A stretch of 64,000 bases of DNA from Candidatus Enterousia sp. (lineage in GTDB: Bacteria > Pseudomonadota > Alphaproteobacteria > Rs-D84): assembly GCA_045616625.1 (NCBI GenBank), contig JAZLHA010000012.1:111249-175248 (forward strand). The letters run 5' to 3'. A program made the translations under genes and the position numbers. The notes under the pieces are model-generated. The model ran no database searches, had not been told where the DNA came from, and was given only the letters and a program-made list of their open reading frames with translations. This document shows positions 29,197-38,882 of the stretch, in pieces (within the stretch, counting starts at the first letter, position 1; each line of letters starts with the position of its first letter).

Positions 29197-29988
29197 TCAC
29201 ATAAAAAACCTAATTACTTTTCTAAAAAACCACAAAGAATATACACCATTATCAATAGCATACTGCTTTCTGTATTGTCGCCCTATTTTATAATGTTTTT
29301 TCATTTTAGTATGATGAGCAATATCCCTGGAATTTAAAGCAGAAGTTTCATTAAACATATAATGATAATATACATCTGGGGTTATAGTTATCCAATTAGC
29401 AAGTTTTATCGCGTTTAGGACAAACAATGTATCTTCTTGGGATATCAATTTTGTATCAAACAATAATTTATTAGATTTAACAAAATCTGTTTTAAATAGA
29501 TAACGCCAAACAAAAGAATCAGATATTGCACGTGTCCAAAATAATTTTGAACGTAATCCACCGAGAACATGTACCCTATGATATTTTATATTAGAAGAAT
29601 ATTTTGTGTTTGATATAATTCCACTACATGTGATATCTGCACAAGTTTCATCTGCAAATCTTAGCATCTGTTCATAATAATTAGAGTCAATCCAATCATC
29701 AGCATCCAAGAAATGAATATATTTACCAGTTGCCCGTTTTATTCCATCATTACGGGCAGCAGACACACCAGCATTCTTTTTATGGATAACAATAAACCGT
29801 TTGTCACATGCCGCATATTCATCAGCAATTTTCCCAGAATTATCGGGCGAACCATCATCAATACAAATAGCATTCCAATCTTTAAAAGTTTGATTTTTAA
29901 CAGAATCTAAACACCGACGCAGATATTTTTCAACCTTATATATTGGAATAATTATTGAAATTTTTGGTTTACGTGTCATTTTTATCAA
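29197..29988 (-). CDS. glycosyltransferase family 2 (tandem paralog 2)
   Basis: Same N-terminal block as above with a different C-terminal half. Confidence 0.75.
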   Translation of the reverse strand: MIKMTRKPKISIIIPIYKVEKYLRRCLDSVKNQTFKDWNAICIDDGSPDNSGKIADEYAACDKRFIVIHKKNAGVSAARNDGIKRATGKYIHFLDADDWIDSNYYEQMLRFADETCADITCSGIISNTKYSSNIKYHRVHVLGGLRSKLFWTRAISDSFVWRYLFKTDFVKSNKLLFDTKLISQEDTLFVLNAIKLANWITITPDVYYHYMFNETSALNSRDIAHHTKMKKHYKIGRQYRKQYAIDNGVYSLWFFRKVIRFFM

Positions 29989-30890
29989 TCTTTATACATT
30001 TTATTAATCATTTCATCCGCAAAAGACCCCGGTATAATGTTATCAATACCCTTATACGTAGTTTTTTGGAAAAATGTTTTTGATGTTATTTCATCAAAGG
30101 TCTTTTTATCAAAAGGTTTATCCTTGTATTCCCACCAAAGTGCATGCGTTGGATCCTGATCTACATGTGGCATTTTTGTAAAATATTTCTTTGCACGAGG
30201 ATCATTCATTACCAACGTTTTGAACAACAATTGATGCATAAAATAATCAAATGTATGATTTTCATTCATCCAATAATCATGCATCATTGCACGCCACGCA
30301 GCAAGCAAATACGAACCACGACGACCACGAATAAAACAATTTTGAACAAAAGAATATGGACTGCCAGCGTTACCGGTTAAAAACATAAAGAAATCAGTAT
30401 TCGTAACCCAATCTGGAATTGGAGAAGTCACAAAATCGGTTGAATCAAACCAATAACCACCATATTGATAAAGCAATTCCACACGACAAATATCAGCAAA
30501 ATGTGCGTTTTTTATTTTACCAGCGCGTCGTTTTTCCATGATTTTTTCGGGCAGTCTGATATAATCAAATACAGTTTTTTCATCCAACACAACCAATTCC
30601 TGGGTACAATTTTTACGCACACTACGAAAGCATGCCTTTACTAAATCTGGTGCATTTTCTTCACCCTGTAACCACAGGGTATAAATTTTTTCATCCTTGT
30701 CATTGTTTATTACCTTGGTTTCACGAACCGCCCCTGCCGCCGGCAAATAGCGTTTAAAATAGCGTGGTATTACACGTGCAGTGATATTTGTTCGTATTTC
30801 ACGTCTTTTATCGCGAGGCAACCAAAAAGGGTTCAATATATGTCCCCGCAATATAATATCTGCAACAGCAACAGCGCGTGATAAATTCAT
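29985..30890 (-). CDS. capsular-polysaccharide-synthesis-family (Caps_synth/GT32-like) glycosyltransferase
   Basis: KIYTLWLQGEENAPDLVKACFRSV..., DxD-containing sugar-binding region. Lies 11 bp downstream of recA on the same strand. Confidence 0.5.
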   Translation of the reverse strand: MNLSRAVAVADIILRGHILNPFWLPRDKRREIRTNITARVIPRYFKRYLPAAGAVRETKVINNDKDEKIYTLWLQGEENAPDLVKACFRSVRKNCTQELVVLDEKTVFDYIRLPEKIMEKRRAGKIKNAHFADICRVELLYQYGGYWFDSTDFVTSPIPDWVTNTDFFMFLTGNAGSPYSFVQNCFIRGRRGSYLLAAWRAMMHDYWMNENHTFDYFMHQLLFKTLVMNDPRAKKYFTKMPHVDQDPTHALWWEYKDKPFDKKTFDEITSKTFFQKTTYKGIDNIIPGSFADEMINKMYKD

Positions 30891-30901
30891 GATTACACCT
30901 T

Positions 30902-31966
30902 TTATTCTTGTACAGAATCATTGTCATCAGATGGTCCTGTTGTCATTTCTTCAGCGATACCGCTAGATATTGCCATAATTTTATCAAGCAATTCCTGTTG
31001 GACGTCTGGATGTTCTTTGATCCATGTGCGTGCATTCGCCTCACCCTGACCTATTCTTTCATTGTTATAAGAATAGAACGAACCAGCCTTTTCAATAATG
31101 TTATATTTTACACCCATGTCTAGTATTTCACTAATACGGGAAATTCCTTCGCCATACATGATTTTAAAATCAACTGTTCTGAAAGGTGGCGCAACTTTAT
31201 TTTTAACAACCTTGACCCGGGTTTCATTACCAACAACATTTTCCTTGTCTTTGATTGCACCAGTGCGACGAATATCCAAACGAACAGACGCATAGAATTT
31301 CAACGCATTACCACCCGATGTTGTTTCAGGATTACCGAACATAACACCGATTTTCATTCTAATTTGGTTAATAAAGATTAAAAGAGTATTTGTGCGCGAA
31401 ACACTGCCAGCCAATTTTTTCAACGATTGTGACATCAGACGCGCTGTTGTTCCAACGAACGAATCACCGATATTTCCTTCTAATTCAGCCTTTGGCACCA
31501 ATGCCGCAACAGAATCGATAACAACAACATCAACCGCACCCGATTTAATCAAAGTATCAGCAATTTCCAATGCCTGTTCCCCAGAATCCGGTTGTGAAAT
31601 AACCAATTCAGAAACATTTACACCCAACTTTTTTGCATAACTTGGGTCCAGTGCATTTTCCGCATCAATATATGCACATGTTCCACCTTTCTTTTGTGCC
31701 TCGGCACATGCATGCAGGGCTAGTGTTGTTTTACCAGAACTTTCTGGACCATATATTTCAACGATACGACCACGTGGATAACCACCAATTCCCAACGCGA
31801 TATCCAATCCGAGCGATCCGGACGAAATCGCCTCTATATTCTGTTGGGACCCATCACCCATTTTCATAATTGCTTCTTTACCGAATTGTTTTTGAATTTG
31901 TGCCAAAGCAGATTCCAATGCAGGATTTTTAGCACCAGTATTTACAACAGTTTCTTTCTTTGCCAT
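30902..31966 (-). CDS. recA: recombinase RecA
   Basis: GPESSGKTT Walker A and a canonical RecA core. Confidence 0.95.
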   Translation of the reverse strand: MAKKETVVNTGAKNPALESALAQIQKQFGKEAIMKMGDGSQQNIEAISSGSLGLDIALGIGGYPRGRIVEIYGPESSGKTTLALHACAEAQKKGGTCAYIDAENALDPSYAKKLGVNVSELVISQPDSGEQALEIADTLIKSGAVDVVVIDSVAALVPKAELEGNIGDSFVGTTARLMSQSLKKLAGSVSRTNTLLIFINQIRMKIGVMFGNPETTSGGNALKFYASVRLDIRRTGAIKDKENVVGNETRVKVVKNKVAPPFRTVDFKIMYGEGISRISEILDMGVKYNIIEKAGSFYSYNNERIGQGEANARTWIKEHPDVQQELLDKIMAISSGIAEEMTTGPSDDNDSVQE

Positions 31967-32035
31967 ACTTCTTTCCTTTTATGTTAATTACACAAAAATC
32001 ATACAAAGAAAATGCTAAAAACGCAAGCACGATAA

Positions 32036-33247
32036 TTATCTACGATGCAACCATAATACACCAAGTGTTAGTGTTCCAATAATAGCACTAACATACCAAA
32101 CCGCAGATGTATATCCCAGAGCCGCAATCACAACACCACCGATAATCGGGGTCAGGACACTTGGTAAATTTACACTGGTCCGAAATATGCCGTAAAACCG
32201 CGACTGTTCAGCCTTATGCGTATTGTCAAAGAATAATAAATCATGCACCGGTTCCATAAACGCACCTGAAATCTGCCACAAGACAAATATAGCAAGCAAC
32301 GCGTATCCATGAACAAAGGTTGCCAAGAATGCCAAGAACGCAAATGATGCGAGTCCGATTGTCATAAACAGACGACTGCCATATTTCTTTACTAATTTTC
32401 CGATAAAGAAATCTATGATAATGTACGGCACGATACCGAGTGTTAAAACCACACCCAGTGTACTGGCCGAAAAGCCCTGTTCAATAACAATAATTGGAAC
32501 ATATAGTAACCTCAACGCACGCAACGCATAGTATCCAAAATTCACAATATACGCACGACCCATATTTGGCCGATGAAAGAACGCAATTCCCGCGCGAATC
32601 AAAGTATGAATTGTGCGTTTTGGGCTAAGTTTATTTATTTCCTTATCTTGCTGGACAATACCAAAATGTTTAAAGAATAACATACCGCCCAGATAAATCA
32701 TTGCAGATGCCAAGAAAGGCAACCTGTCGTTTGCAAAATAAGTTGCAACTGTTGTTGCGAACATGGGCGCGGCAAGTGCACCGATATTCGCCCACAAATG
32801 ATACCGCGCATTTAATCGCGCCATACCGACATCTTTTGAAAAGTCCGCCATAAATAATGGAATTAAAATTGCGACCATTGTTGATCCAACACCCGATGCA
32901 AAATCAAGTGTAATAAATGTTGTGGGACGCACAGAAAGACTCATCATCGCATAACAAATTCCAACCGCCAGCATTCCCATATACAACAATTTAGTTTTCG
33001 TAAACCAGCGCAACAACTGATTTGAAAACATTGAAACAATCATACAGAACACTGAATACAAACCGACATACACACCCACCGCCGCCGATGCAATCGATTC
33101 GCCAAACACACCTGTAAAAATTCCCAAAATCACAAGTGAATAAACCGCATTATAAACACCATCACCAAACCCCGTAAACAGGCCCAAATTGGCAAACGAA
33201 AAGCCGTTCACATTATCACGCATATAAAGGTATTTATCTTTTGCCAT
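32036..33247 (-). CDS. MFS transporter
   Basis: 12 predicted TM helices. Likely start is MAKDKYLY at 33247; the ORF track's 33298 start is N-extended. Confidence 0.65.
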   Translation of the reverse strand: MAKDKYLYMRDNVNGFSFANLGLFTGFGDGVYNAVYSLVILGIFTGVFGESIASAAVGVYVGLYSVFCMIVSMFSNQLLRWFTKTKLLYMGMLAVGICYAMMSLSVRPTTFITLDFASGVGSTMVAILIPLFMADFSKDVGMARLNARYHLWANIGALAAPMFATTVATYFANDRLPFLASAMIYLGGMLFFKHFGIVQQDKEINKLSPKRTIHTLIRAGIAFFHRPNMGRAYIVNFGYYALRALRLLYVPIIVIEQGFSASTLGVVLTLGIVPYIIIDFFIGKLVKKYGSRLFMTIGLASFAFLAFLATFVHGYALLAIFVLWQISGAFMEPVHDLLFFDNTHKAEQSRFYGIFRTSVNLPSVLTPIIGGVVIAALGYTSAVWYVSAIIGTLTLGVLWLHRR

Positions 33248-33293
33248 TAAATTTCTCTCTCTTTGGTGTCTGTAAATTATATCACAAAAAACA

Positions 33294-33328
33294 AGCAAAA
33301 AAAAGAACGCAAATTGCGTTCTTTTTTA
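33294..33328. terminator. bidirectional rho-independent terminator downstream of secB
   Basis: aaaaaaaAGAACGCAAattGCGTTCTtttttt hairpin. Confidence 0.55.
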
Positions 33329-33342
33329 CAATCAAAAATCAA

Positions 33343-33783
33343 TTACTGATTTGCAGGCTGTTGTGATTTTTTCTGTTCGTACAAAGTCTCAAAATCAACA
33401 GGTTGCATAGTAAATGGTGGAAATCCAGATTCAGATGTAGCACGTGTCACCAATCCGCGAACAGCTGGGAACAACATTGTTGGAACATCAATCAACAAAG
33501 TGCGCTTTTTCGCTTCTTCATCTTTTTCTTCTTCCATTTGAACCAATCCAGAATATGTAGATTCAATCAAGAATATAGATTTATCATCTTTTTCCAATTT
33601 TGAATGGACCTTGGTAATTAAATCAACCATAAACACATTGTTATCCGCACCCTTTATCTGGATATCAATACTGATTTCAATTTTACCCTGGCCATTATCC
33701 TGTTTAAAGAACAAATCAGGGACATTTGGACTTTCAAATGAAAAATCTTTCAAAAATTGTGTAATAATTTTAAATTTAGACAT
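33343..33783 (-). CDS. secB: protein-export chaperone SecB
   Basis: SecB-like beta-sheet core. Start taken at MSKFKII. Confidence 0.75.
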   Translation of the reverse strand: MSKFKIITQFLKDFSFESPNVPDLFFKQDNGQGKIEISIDIQIKGADNNVFMVDLITKVHSKLEKDDKSIFLIESTYSGLVQMEEEKDEEAKKRTLLIDVPTMLFPAVRGLVTRATSESGFPPFTMQPVDFETLYEQKKSQQPANQ

Positions 33784-33862
33784 GCGATTGCTCCTTTTTT
33801 TCCGCACCGTTTTATGATAATATAGCATTATAAAAGAATTTTACAAGGGGGGATAGATAAAA

Positions 33863-34954
33863 ATGTTTATGCGATTTCGTTTATTATTACCTGTGGCGGT
33901 TGCTGCCTGCGCACTATCAGGCTGCGACGTTAGCACACCAATGCATACAGGCAACAATTCGGTTATACCATCCAACCTGCGCAAGGTATCTTTTTCCGCT
34001 CTACCTGATTGGCACGATGACGATGTTCGTTATGCACTGCAGGCATTTCGTAATACATGTCGTGCAAATTTGCAATATACTGGTCGCGTTATCCCAGACC
34101 GCGCACTATTAAAAGAAAAATGCAACATGCTACCAAGTGCCAGCGCAGACACAGCAACCGTTCGCGCATGGTTTGAATCACATTTCCAACCATATCAAAT
34201 CTATGACAACAATGGTGAAACACGTGGAACATATACTGGATATTATTCGCCTGAAATCCCTGCATGCAGAACCAAAACAGCCCAATGCAACGAACCGCTT
34301 ATGGGCGTTCCAACAGACGGTCGTAATTACAAGGGTGTTGATAAAAAAACAATTGTTGAAAATAAAATCGGGCGCGTTTTGTATTGGGCAAATATCGTTG
34401 ATGTCCAAAACATTCAGATTCAGGGTTCAGGCCTGTTAAAACTGGATGACGGGTCACATGTAAAATTAAATTTTGCCGCAACAAACGATATGCAATTTAA
34501 ATCTATTGGCGAACAATTACGCAACCGCGGAATAAAACCATCAGGCGGTTATAGTGCAGACGGTGTTTGGTCACACCTTAAACAAAATCCGCAACTTGCC
34601 CGCGAAGTAATTTATTCCAATCCGCGTTATGTTTATTTCAAAGAAGCCGAATCCAAAGATGTTGTTGGAAAAATCGGAACACCACTGTCCAAGATTCGCA
34701 GTATCGCCGTTGACGATAGCATCTATACGGTGGGATTGCCCGTATACATCAGCACCAATTTATCAGACGGTCGTAAATTCCGTCGCCTGATGATTGCTCA
34801 GGATACCGGCAGTGCAATTCGTGGTTGGATTCGTGCAGACATATTTTTCGGCAGTGGTAACGAAGCATATAAATATGCACACGGACAACATAGTAATGGA
34901 GAAATGTTTATCCTAATGCCCAAGGAATATAGTTATGTCAAACCAACAAAATAA
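33863..34954 (+). CDS. mltA: membrane-bound lytic murein transglycosylase A
   Basis: Signal/lipobox LSGC. C-terminal 3D-domain motifs DTGSAIRG...DIFFGSG. Confidence 0.8.
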   Translation: MFMRFRLLLPVAVAACALSGCDVSTPMHTGNNSVIPSNLRKVSFSALPDWHDDDVRYALQAFRNTCRANLQYTGRVIPDRALLKEKCNMLPSASADTATVRAWFESHFQPYQIYDNNGETRGTYTGYYSPEIPACRTKTAQCNEPLMGVPTDGRNYKGVDKKTIVENKIGRVLYWANIVDVQNIQIQGSGLLKLDDGSHVKLNFAATNDMQFKSIGEQLRNRGIKPSGGYSADGVWSHLKQNPQLAREVIYSNPRYVYFKEAESKDVVGKIGTPLSKIRSIAVDDSIYTVGLPVYISTNLSDGRKFRRLMIAQDTGSAIRGWIRADIFFGSGNEAYKYAHGQHSNGEMFILMPKEYSYVKPTK

Positions 34955-35264
34955 AATTTTAACACGCGTTTCACGTCCAATTAGTTTTGCTGGGGCACTC
35001 GGTGGACTAATGCGTATATTCGGTATCCATGCAAGTGCTGGCGATCTAACTGCGCGGTGGGATGAAATTATGGGTGACAAAATTGCATCAGTTGCGCAAA
35101 TCGTTGCGATAAAGCAAACACGCGATAAAAAGTTTAATATTGTCTTGCGACCACATAATCCTGCGATGGCATTGGAATTATCATATATGAACGATGAAAT
35201 TCTAAATAAAATAAATAAGTATTTTGGCTATAACGCAGTATCAAAAATAACATTACGAAAATAA
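34935..35264 (+). CDS. DUF721 (DciA-like) protein
   Basis: 109-aa ORF overlapping the mltA stop. Pattern ...LTARWDEIMGDKIASVAQIVAIK... resembles DUF721. Confidence 0.45.
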   Translation: MSNQQNKILTRVSRPISFAGALGGLMRIFGIHASAGDLTARWDEIMGDKIASVAQIVAIKQTRDKKFNIVLRPHNPAMALELSYMNDEILNKINKYFGYNAVSKITLRK

Positions 35265-35293
35265 AAAATCTGCATCTGCAGATTTTTTATTTA
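35262..35293. terminator. bidirectional rho-independent terminator
   Basis: aaaaAATCTGCAtcTGCAGATTttttat hairpin. Confidence 0.55.
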
Positions 35294-37591
35294 TTTAGTT
35301 TGAAATTGTCTTTGGCTTAAATCATAACAATTTTGCGCCTTGGTAATATAAGTACGCAATTTTGTTAAACATTCACCAAATTTTTTTGTACTAGATATAC
35401 TCTTCACATCCACACAAGCAGTATCTTCTTCTACTTTTGTTGCTGTCTTTGTTCCATATAAACATGAGCCCTGATAATCACTTGGAACCAATATTGTACT
35501 AAGCACATTTTTAACAACATTATGATCTGCTGCTAGTTGTTTTTTCAAATCACTCGACATTGATGATTTTTTGTATTCCGAATTAATCGCATCATAATTG
35601 CTAAGCAAACAGTTTAATATATCCTTTGTTTCTATTTCTTCACCACAATTTTTTGCCTCAGCTAAATACACGCCATTGCGTCTGTCTATATTCGAATTAT
35701 ATCCAGATGATGAACCAGTGGAACTACTGCTACTATTATCACCATTTACCATTTGAACCTTGGCGGTTAAAACAGCCTTTTTCAACTGGGTTTTGAAACG
35801 TTTAATCATAGATTCCAAATATTCATATTGCTTATACATCTGTTGAGTAATAACAGTTGCTTTTAACGCAATAATATCATTCATATTTGTCCGATTTGTT
35901 GAATCCAGTTTTTTATTATCTGTTTCACCAATATTATACGCATGCACAGAACACAACGCAAATCTAGGGTCAACATAAGGTGTTCCACCATCCTCATCGT
36001 CTTGACATTTTGTCAAACTACTTGAGTAAGTTTCAGTAGGTTTGGATTTCAAACAAATCTTTTCACCCAAACTTTTACTTGTTGTAATACCTATTAAATA
36101 TTGCGGATCAGTAGCCTTACACCAATATGGACATTCTTGTTTGTCGTTTTTATAACAAGTTGCCGGGGCATCTTGGTTAATCATACGTTGCAATGTCTCA
36201 ACATCCAGATTAGATTTCTTTTTACGATTACGGAACAGCGCCACAGAATCAAGCGCAGATGATGCACAACCAACACGAACATTATCGCCCAGGTCTCCCT
36301 GGTCTGCATATAACCACTGACGTTGAATATCACCATCTTTTTCAGACAATGTTTTTTGTAATGTACAGTACATATCATCCTCTGGCGGAATTACCATACC
36401 AACCGTACATTCATGACCACCCTTGGCTACACCATCTTTTTTAGATGTACCATCTGGACAATTTCCGTTATCATAATACGAATAAACAGGTTTCTGTTCA
36501 CCAGGACTTAATGTTTTTGGCGTTCTTTTTATCGATATTACGTTTCCTCCGGAGTCTTTGGTTTCTTCTACAGTAAATTCTGCCCTCTGTGAACATAAAT
36601 ATTGTCCCCATTGATTACACGAATCATTTAGCATCATATAAATATCGGTCACATCAACACCAACGCTCTGTGCTGTTATAAGTGCATCATACATTTCGTC
36701 CAACACAGAATTATATGGATCAAAAAATCCGTTTGCCAATTCTTTGAATCGTCTTACACGTTTTGGACCGGTACAATTACTGCCAGTTGAATCGCATCCC
36801 GCATAGGTAAATATAGATGTGCCGCCCGGTTGATACATTGTCGCCTTTAATGTTTTTAACTGAACCTCGGCATTTTCAATACTTGTTAAAATTTCACCAC
36901 TAACCTGTTCACGAACAACAATGTCCGCAGACACATTATTCGCAGCCGCAATCTGTTGCGCGGTGCTTAAACCAGAACCTGAATCATTTTGTACCGGTTG
37001 TGCCGGTTGTTGTGCGGCGGCATTTAATGCCTTTTGTTCTTCCAGTGCATTCTTTAATTCAGCAATTGTGGCGGCATTTTGATTTGCCATTTCACTTTGC
37101 ATTTGTTGCATTTGCATCTGCATTTGATTCTGCATCTGTTGTAATTGTTGTGAACTTTGTTGGGCAGCCGCAGCAGCCTGGGCCGCAATTGCCGCATCAT
37201 TTGCCTTGGCCGACGATGATGCCACCAACTGGGCAACAATATATTCTGTTAAACCCTGGTCTGCATATTGCTTACACGTATCATTCGCCTGAATACAACC
37301 GGTGACAATACTGGTTGCAACGTTTGCATCCGCGCACCCAGTTCCCGAACACTTTGGTTGCGCGCAACGCAAAATCAACGCATTACAATTTCCAAAGTCT
37401 GCCTCTACTTTCTGGCCAGAATTTAGATTACGTGGGTTCATAGCGGTCACCCACTGATTACCAGTCAACGAAACATTTGGATTATATGCGGTTAAATTAC
37501 TGCCCGATGTTGTCGCTATAGGTGCAGCATTCGCACCACCAAATGGTGCAGCACACAGAACAGCCAACAAAAAACGTTTGATTTGTTTCAT
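35291..37591 (-). CDS. large secreted Cys-rich protein with central Gln/Ala/Met-rich low-complexity (coiled-coil-like) segment
   Basis: Signal peptide MKQIKRFLLAVLCAAPFGGANA. More than 30 Cys. QAAAAAQQSSQQLQQMQNQMQMQMQQMQ tract. No recognised catalytic motif. Confidence 0.55.
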   Translation of the reverse strand: MKQIKRFLLAVLCAAPFGGANAAPIATTSGSNLTAYNPNVSLTGNQWVTAMNPRNLNSGQKVEADFGNCNALILRCAQPKCSGTGCADANVATSIVTGCIQANDTCKQYADQGLTEYIVAQLVASSSAKANDAAIAAQAAAAAQQSSQQLQQMQNQMQMQMQQMQSEMANQNAATIAELKNALEEQKALNAAAQQPAQPVQNDSGSGLSTAQQIAAANNVSADIVVREQVSGEILTSIENAEVQLKTLKATMYQPGGTSIFTYAGCDSTGSNCTGPKRVRRFKELANGFFDPYNSVLDEMYDALITAQSVGVDVTDIYMMLNDSCNQWGQYLCSQRAEFTVEETKDSGGNVISIKRTPKTLSPGEQKPVYSYYDNGNCPDGTSKKDGVAKGGHECTVGMVIPPEDDMYCTLQKTLSEKDGDIQRQWLYADQGDLGDNVRVGCASSALDSVALFRNRKKKSNLDVETLQRMINQDAPATCYKNDKQECPYWCKATDPQYLIGITTSKSLGEKICLKSKPTETYSSSLTKCQDDEDGGTPYVDPRFALCSVHAYNIGETDNKKLDSTNRTNMNDIIALKATVITQQMYKQYEYLESMIKRFKTQLKKAVLTAKVQMVNGDNSSSSSTGSSSGYNSNIDRRNGVYLAEAKNCGEEIETKDILNCLLSNYDAINSEYKKSSMSSDLKKQLAADHNVVKNVLSTILVPSDYQGSCLYGTKTATKVEEDTACVDVKSISSTKKFGECLTKLRTYITKAQNCYDLSQRQFQTK

Positions 37592-37649
37592 TTTCTCTCT
37601 TGGTAATTAGATTTTATCATATATTAGATTTAAAATCAAAGCGAAATTA

Positions 37650-38126
37650 TTAACCCGCAAAACGCGCCATATTTGCATGGGTCAAAGCAATAGCAATCGC
37701 ATCACTTTCGTCCGCAGTTTTTGGGTGGGCCGTCGGCAACAAGATATGCAGCATTTTATAAATCTGTTCCTTGTCTGCGTGGCCCGCACCGGTTAGTGCC
37801 TTTTTAATCTTGTTTGGTTCATATTCAAATATTTCAATATTATGATTTGCAATCGCAACCATTGCCGCCGCACGCGCATGCCCCAGCGCAAGCGTCGTTT
37901 TCGGATTCATATTGGAAAAAGTAATCTCAATACTGCAAACATCCGGTGTAAATTTATCACAAATTTCAGAAACATTACGAAATATAAATGCCAATCTTTC
38001 TGGAAATGGAATATTTGTCGGCGGTAAAACAACCCCACTAGCGATATAATGGCACGCGCCACCCTTGGTATCAATTACCGACCAACCTGTATGTAATAAA
38101 CCTGGATCTATGCCAAGTATTCGCAT
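37650..38126 (-). CDS. ruvC: Holliday junction resolvase RuvC
   Basis: ILGIDPG...GWSV N-terminus; RNase-H-fold acidic residues. Confidence 0.9.
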   Translation of the reverse strand: MRILGIDPGLLHTGWSVIDTKGGACHYIASGVVLPPTNIPFPERLAFIFRNVSEICDKFTPDVCSIEITFSNMNPKTTLALGHARAAAMVAIANHNIEIFEYEPNKIKKALTGAGHADKEQIYKMLHILLPTAHPKTADESDAIAIALTHANMARFAG

Positions 38127-38129
38127 TCC

Positions 38130-38882
38130 CTACCCCACATAATCAATAACACAACCAAACAATACCGCAAAAAAGAAACACACACTGCCCCCAATAACAA
38201 ACAAGTGCCACAACGCATGTGAAAACTTCATTTTGCGCCACAGATAAAATATCACACCAACGGTATATGCCGCCGCACCAGACATCATAAACCACATACC
38301 GCGTGCAGGAATATACTTTATCATTATTGGCAAAATACCAACACAACACCACCCCATAATCAGATATAAAGTGACCATCCATTTTGGTTGTTGATGTGGA
38401 TTATTTAATTTCATAATTGCACCAAAAATTACAATCGCCCACAAAACACCAAATATAGACCATCCCAGTCCACCACGCAAATTCACCAATAAAAACGGCG
38501 TGTATGTTCCAGCAATCAAAGCATAAATTGCGATTGAATCCCACACTTCAAAGAAACATTCACTCTTGCTGCCGATGGTGGCATGACACATTGTTGAACC
38601 AAAATATAATGTAAACATTGTCAGTCCAAAAATAGAACAAGAAACAATCGCCCATGTATTTTGTGCAAGAACCGCAAACACAACCAACAAACAAAGTCCC
38701 GCAATTGCAAGTCCAATACCAATTCCATGTGTTAAAATATTGAGTATTTCTTCGGCACGTGTGGCAGGACGTTCCCAACGAAACAGTCCAGTTGCACGCA
38801 AAACTTTTAATAGAGTTTTTGCATGTGAATTTTGTTTAACTTCTTTTAATTGTTTACGAACAACTTCTTTTGTTTTTTTCAT
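38130..38882 (-). CDS. hemolysin III family channel protein (PAQR)
   Basis: 7-TM protein with HxxxH-type motifs typical of HlyIII/YqfA. Confidence 0.75.
   Translation of the reverse strand: MKKTKEVVRKQLKEVKQNSHAKTLLKVLRATGLFRWERPATRAEEILNILTHGIGIGLAIAGLCLLVVFAVLAQNTWAIVSCSIFGLTMFTLYFGSTMCHATIGSKSECFFEVWDSIAIYALIAGTYTPFLLVNLRGGLGWSIFGVLWAIVIFGAIMKLNNPHQQPKWMVTLYLIMGWCCVGILPIMIKYIPARGMWFMMSGAAAYTVGVIFYLWRKMKFSHALWHLFVIGGSVCFFFAVLFGCVIDYVG

Noticed and set aside
16076-30890. Phase-variable simple-sequence repeats (long homopolymers, tetranucleotide repeats) inside the glycosyltransferase genes
   Set aside because: Only A/T runs of 7-9 were seen (for example 17266-17273, 7049-7057), which is background for this AT-rich genome. 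No poly-G/C or tandem tetramers were found. I did not count every run.
36181-37305. ORFs 36181-36378, 36259-36444, 37000-37305 and 37054-37239 within the large secreted-protein gene
   Set aside because: They are out of frame or antisense within a continuous 766-aa ORF that has a signal peptide; spurious.
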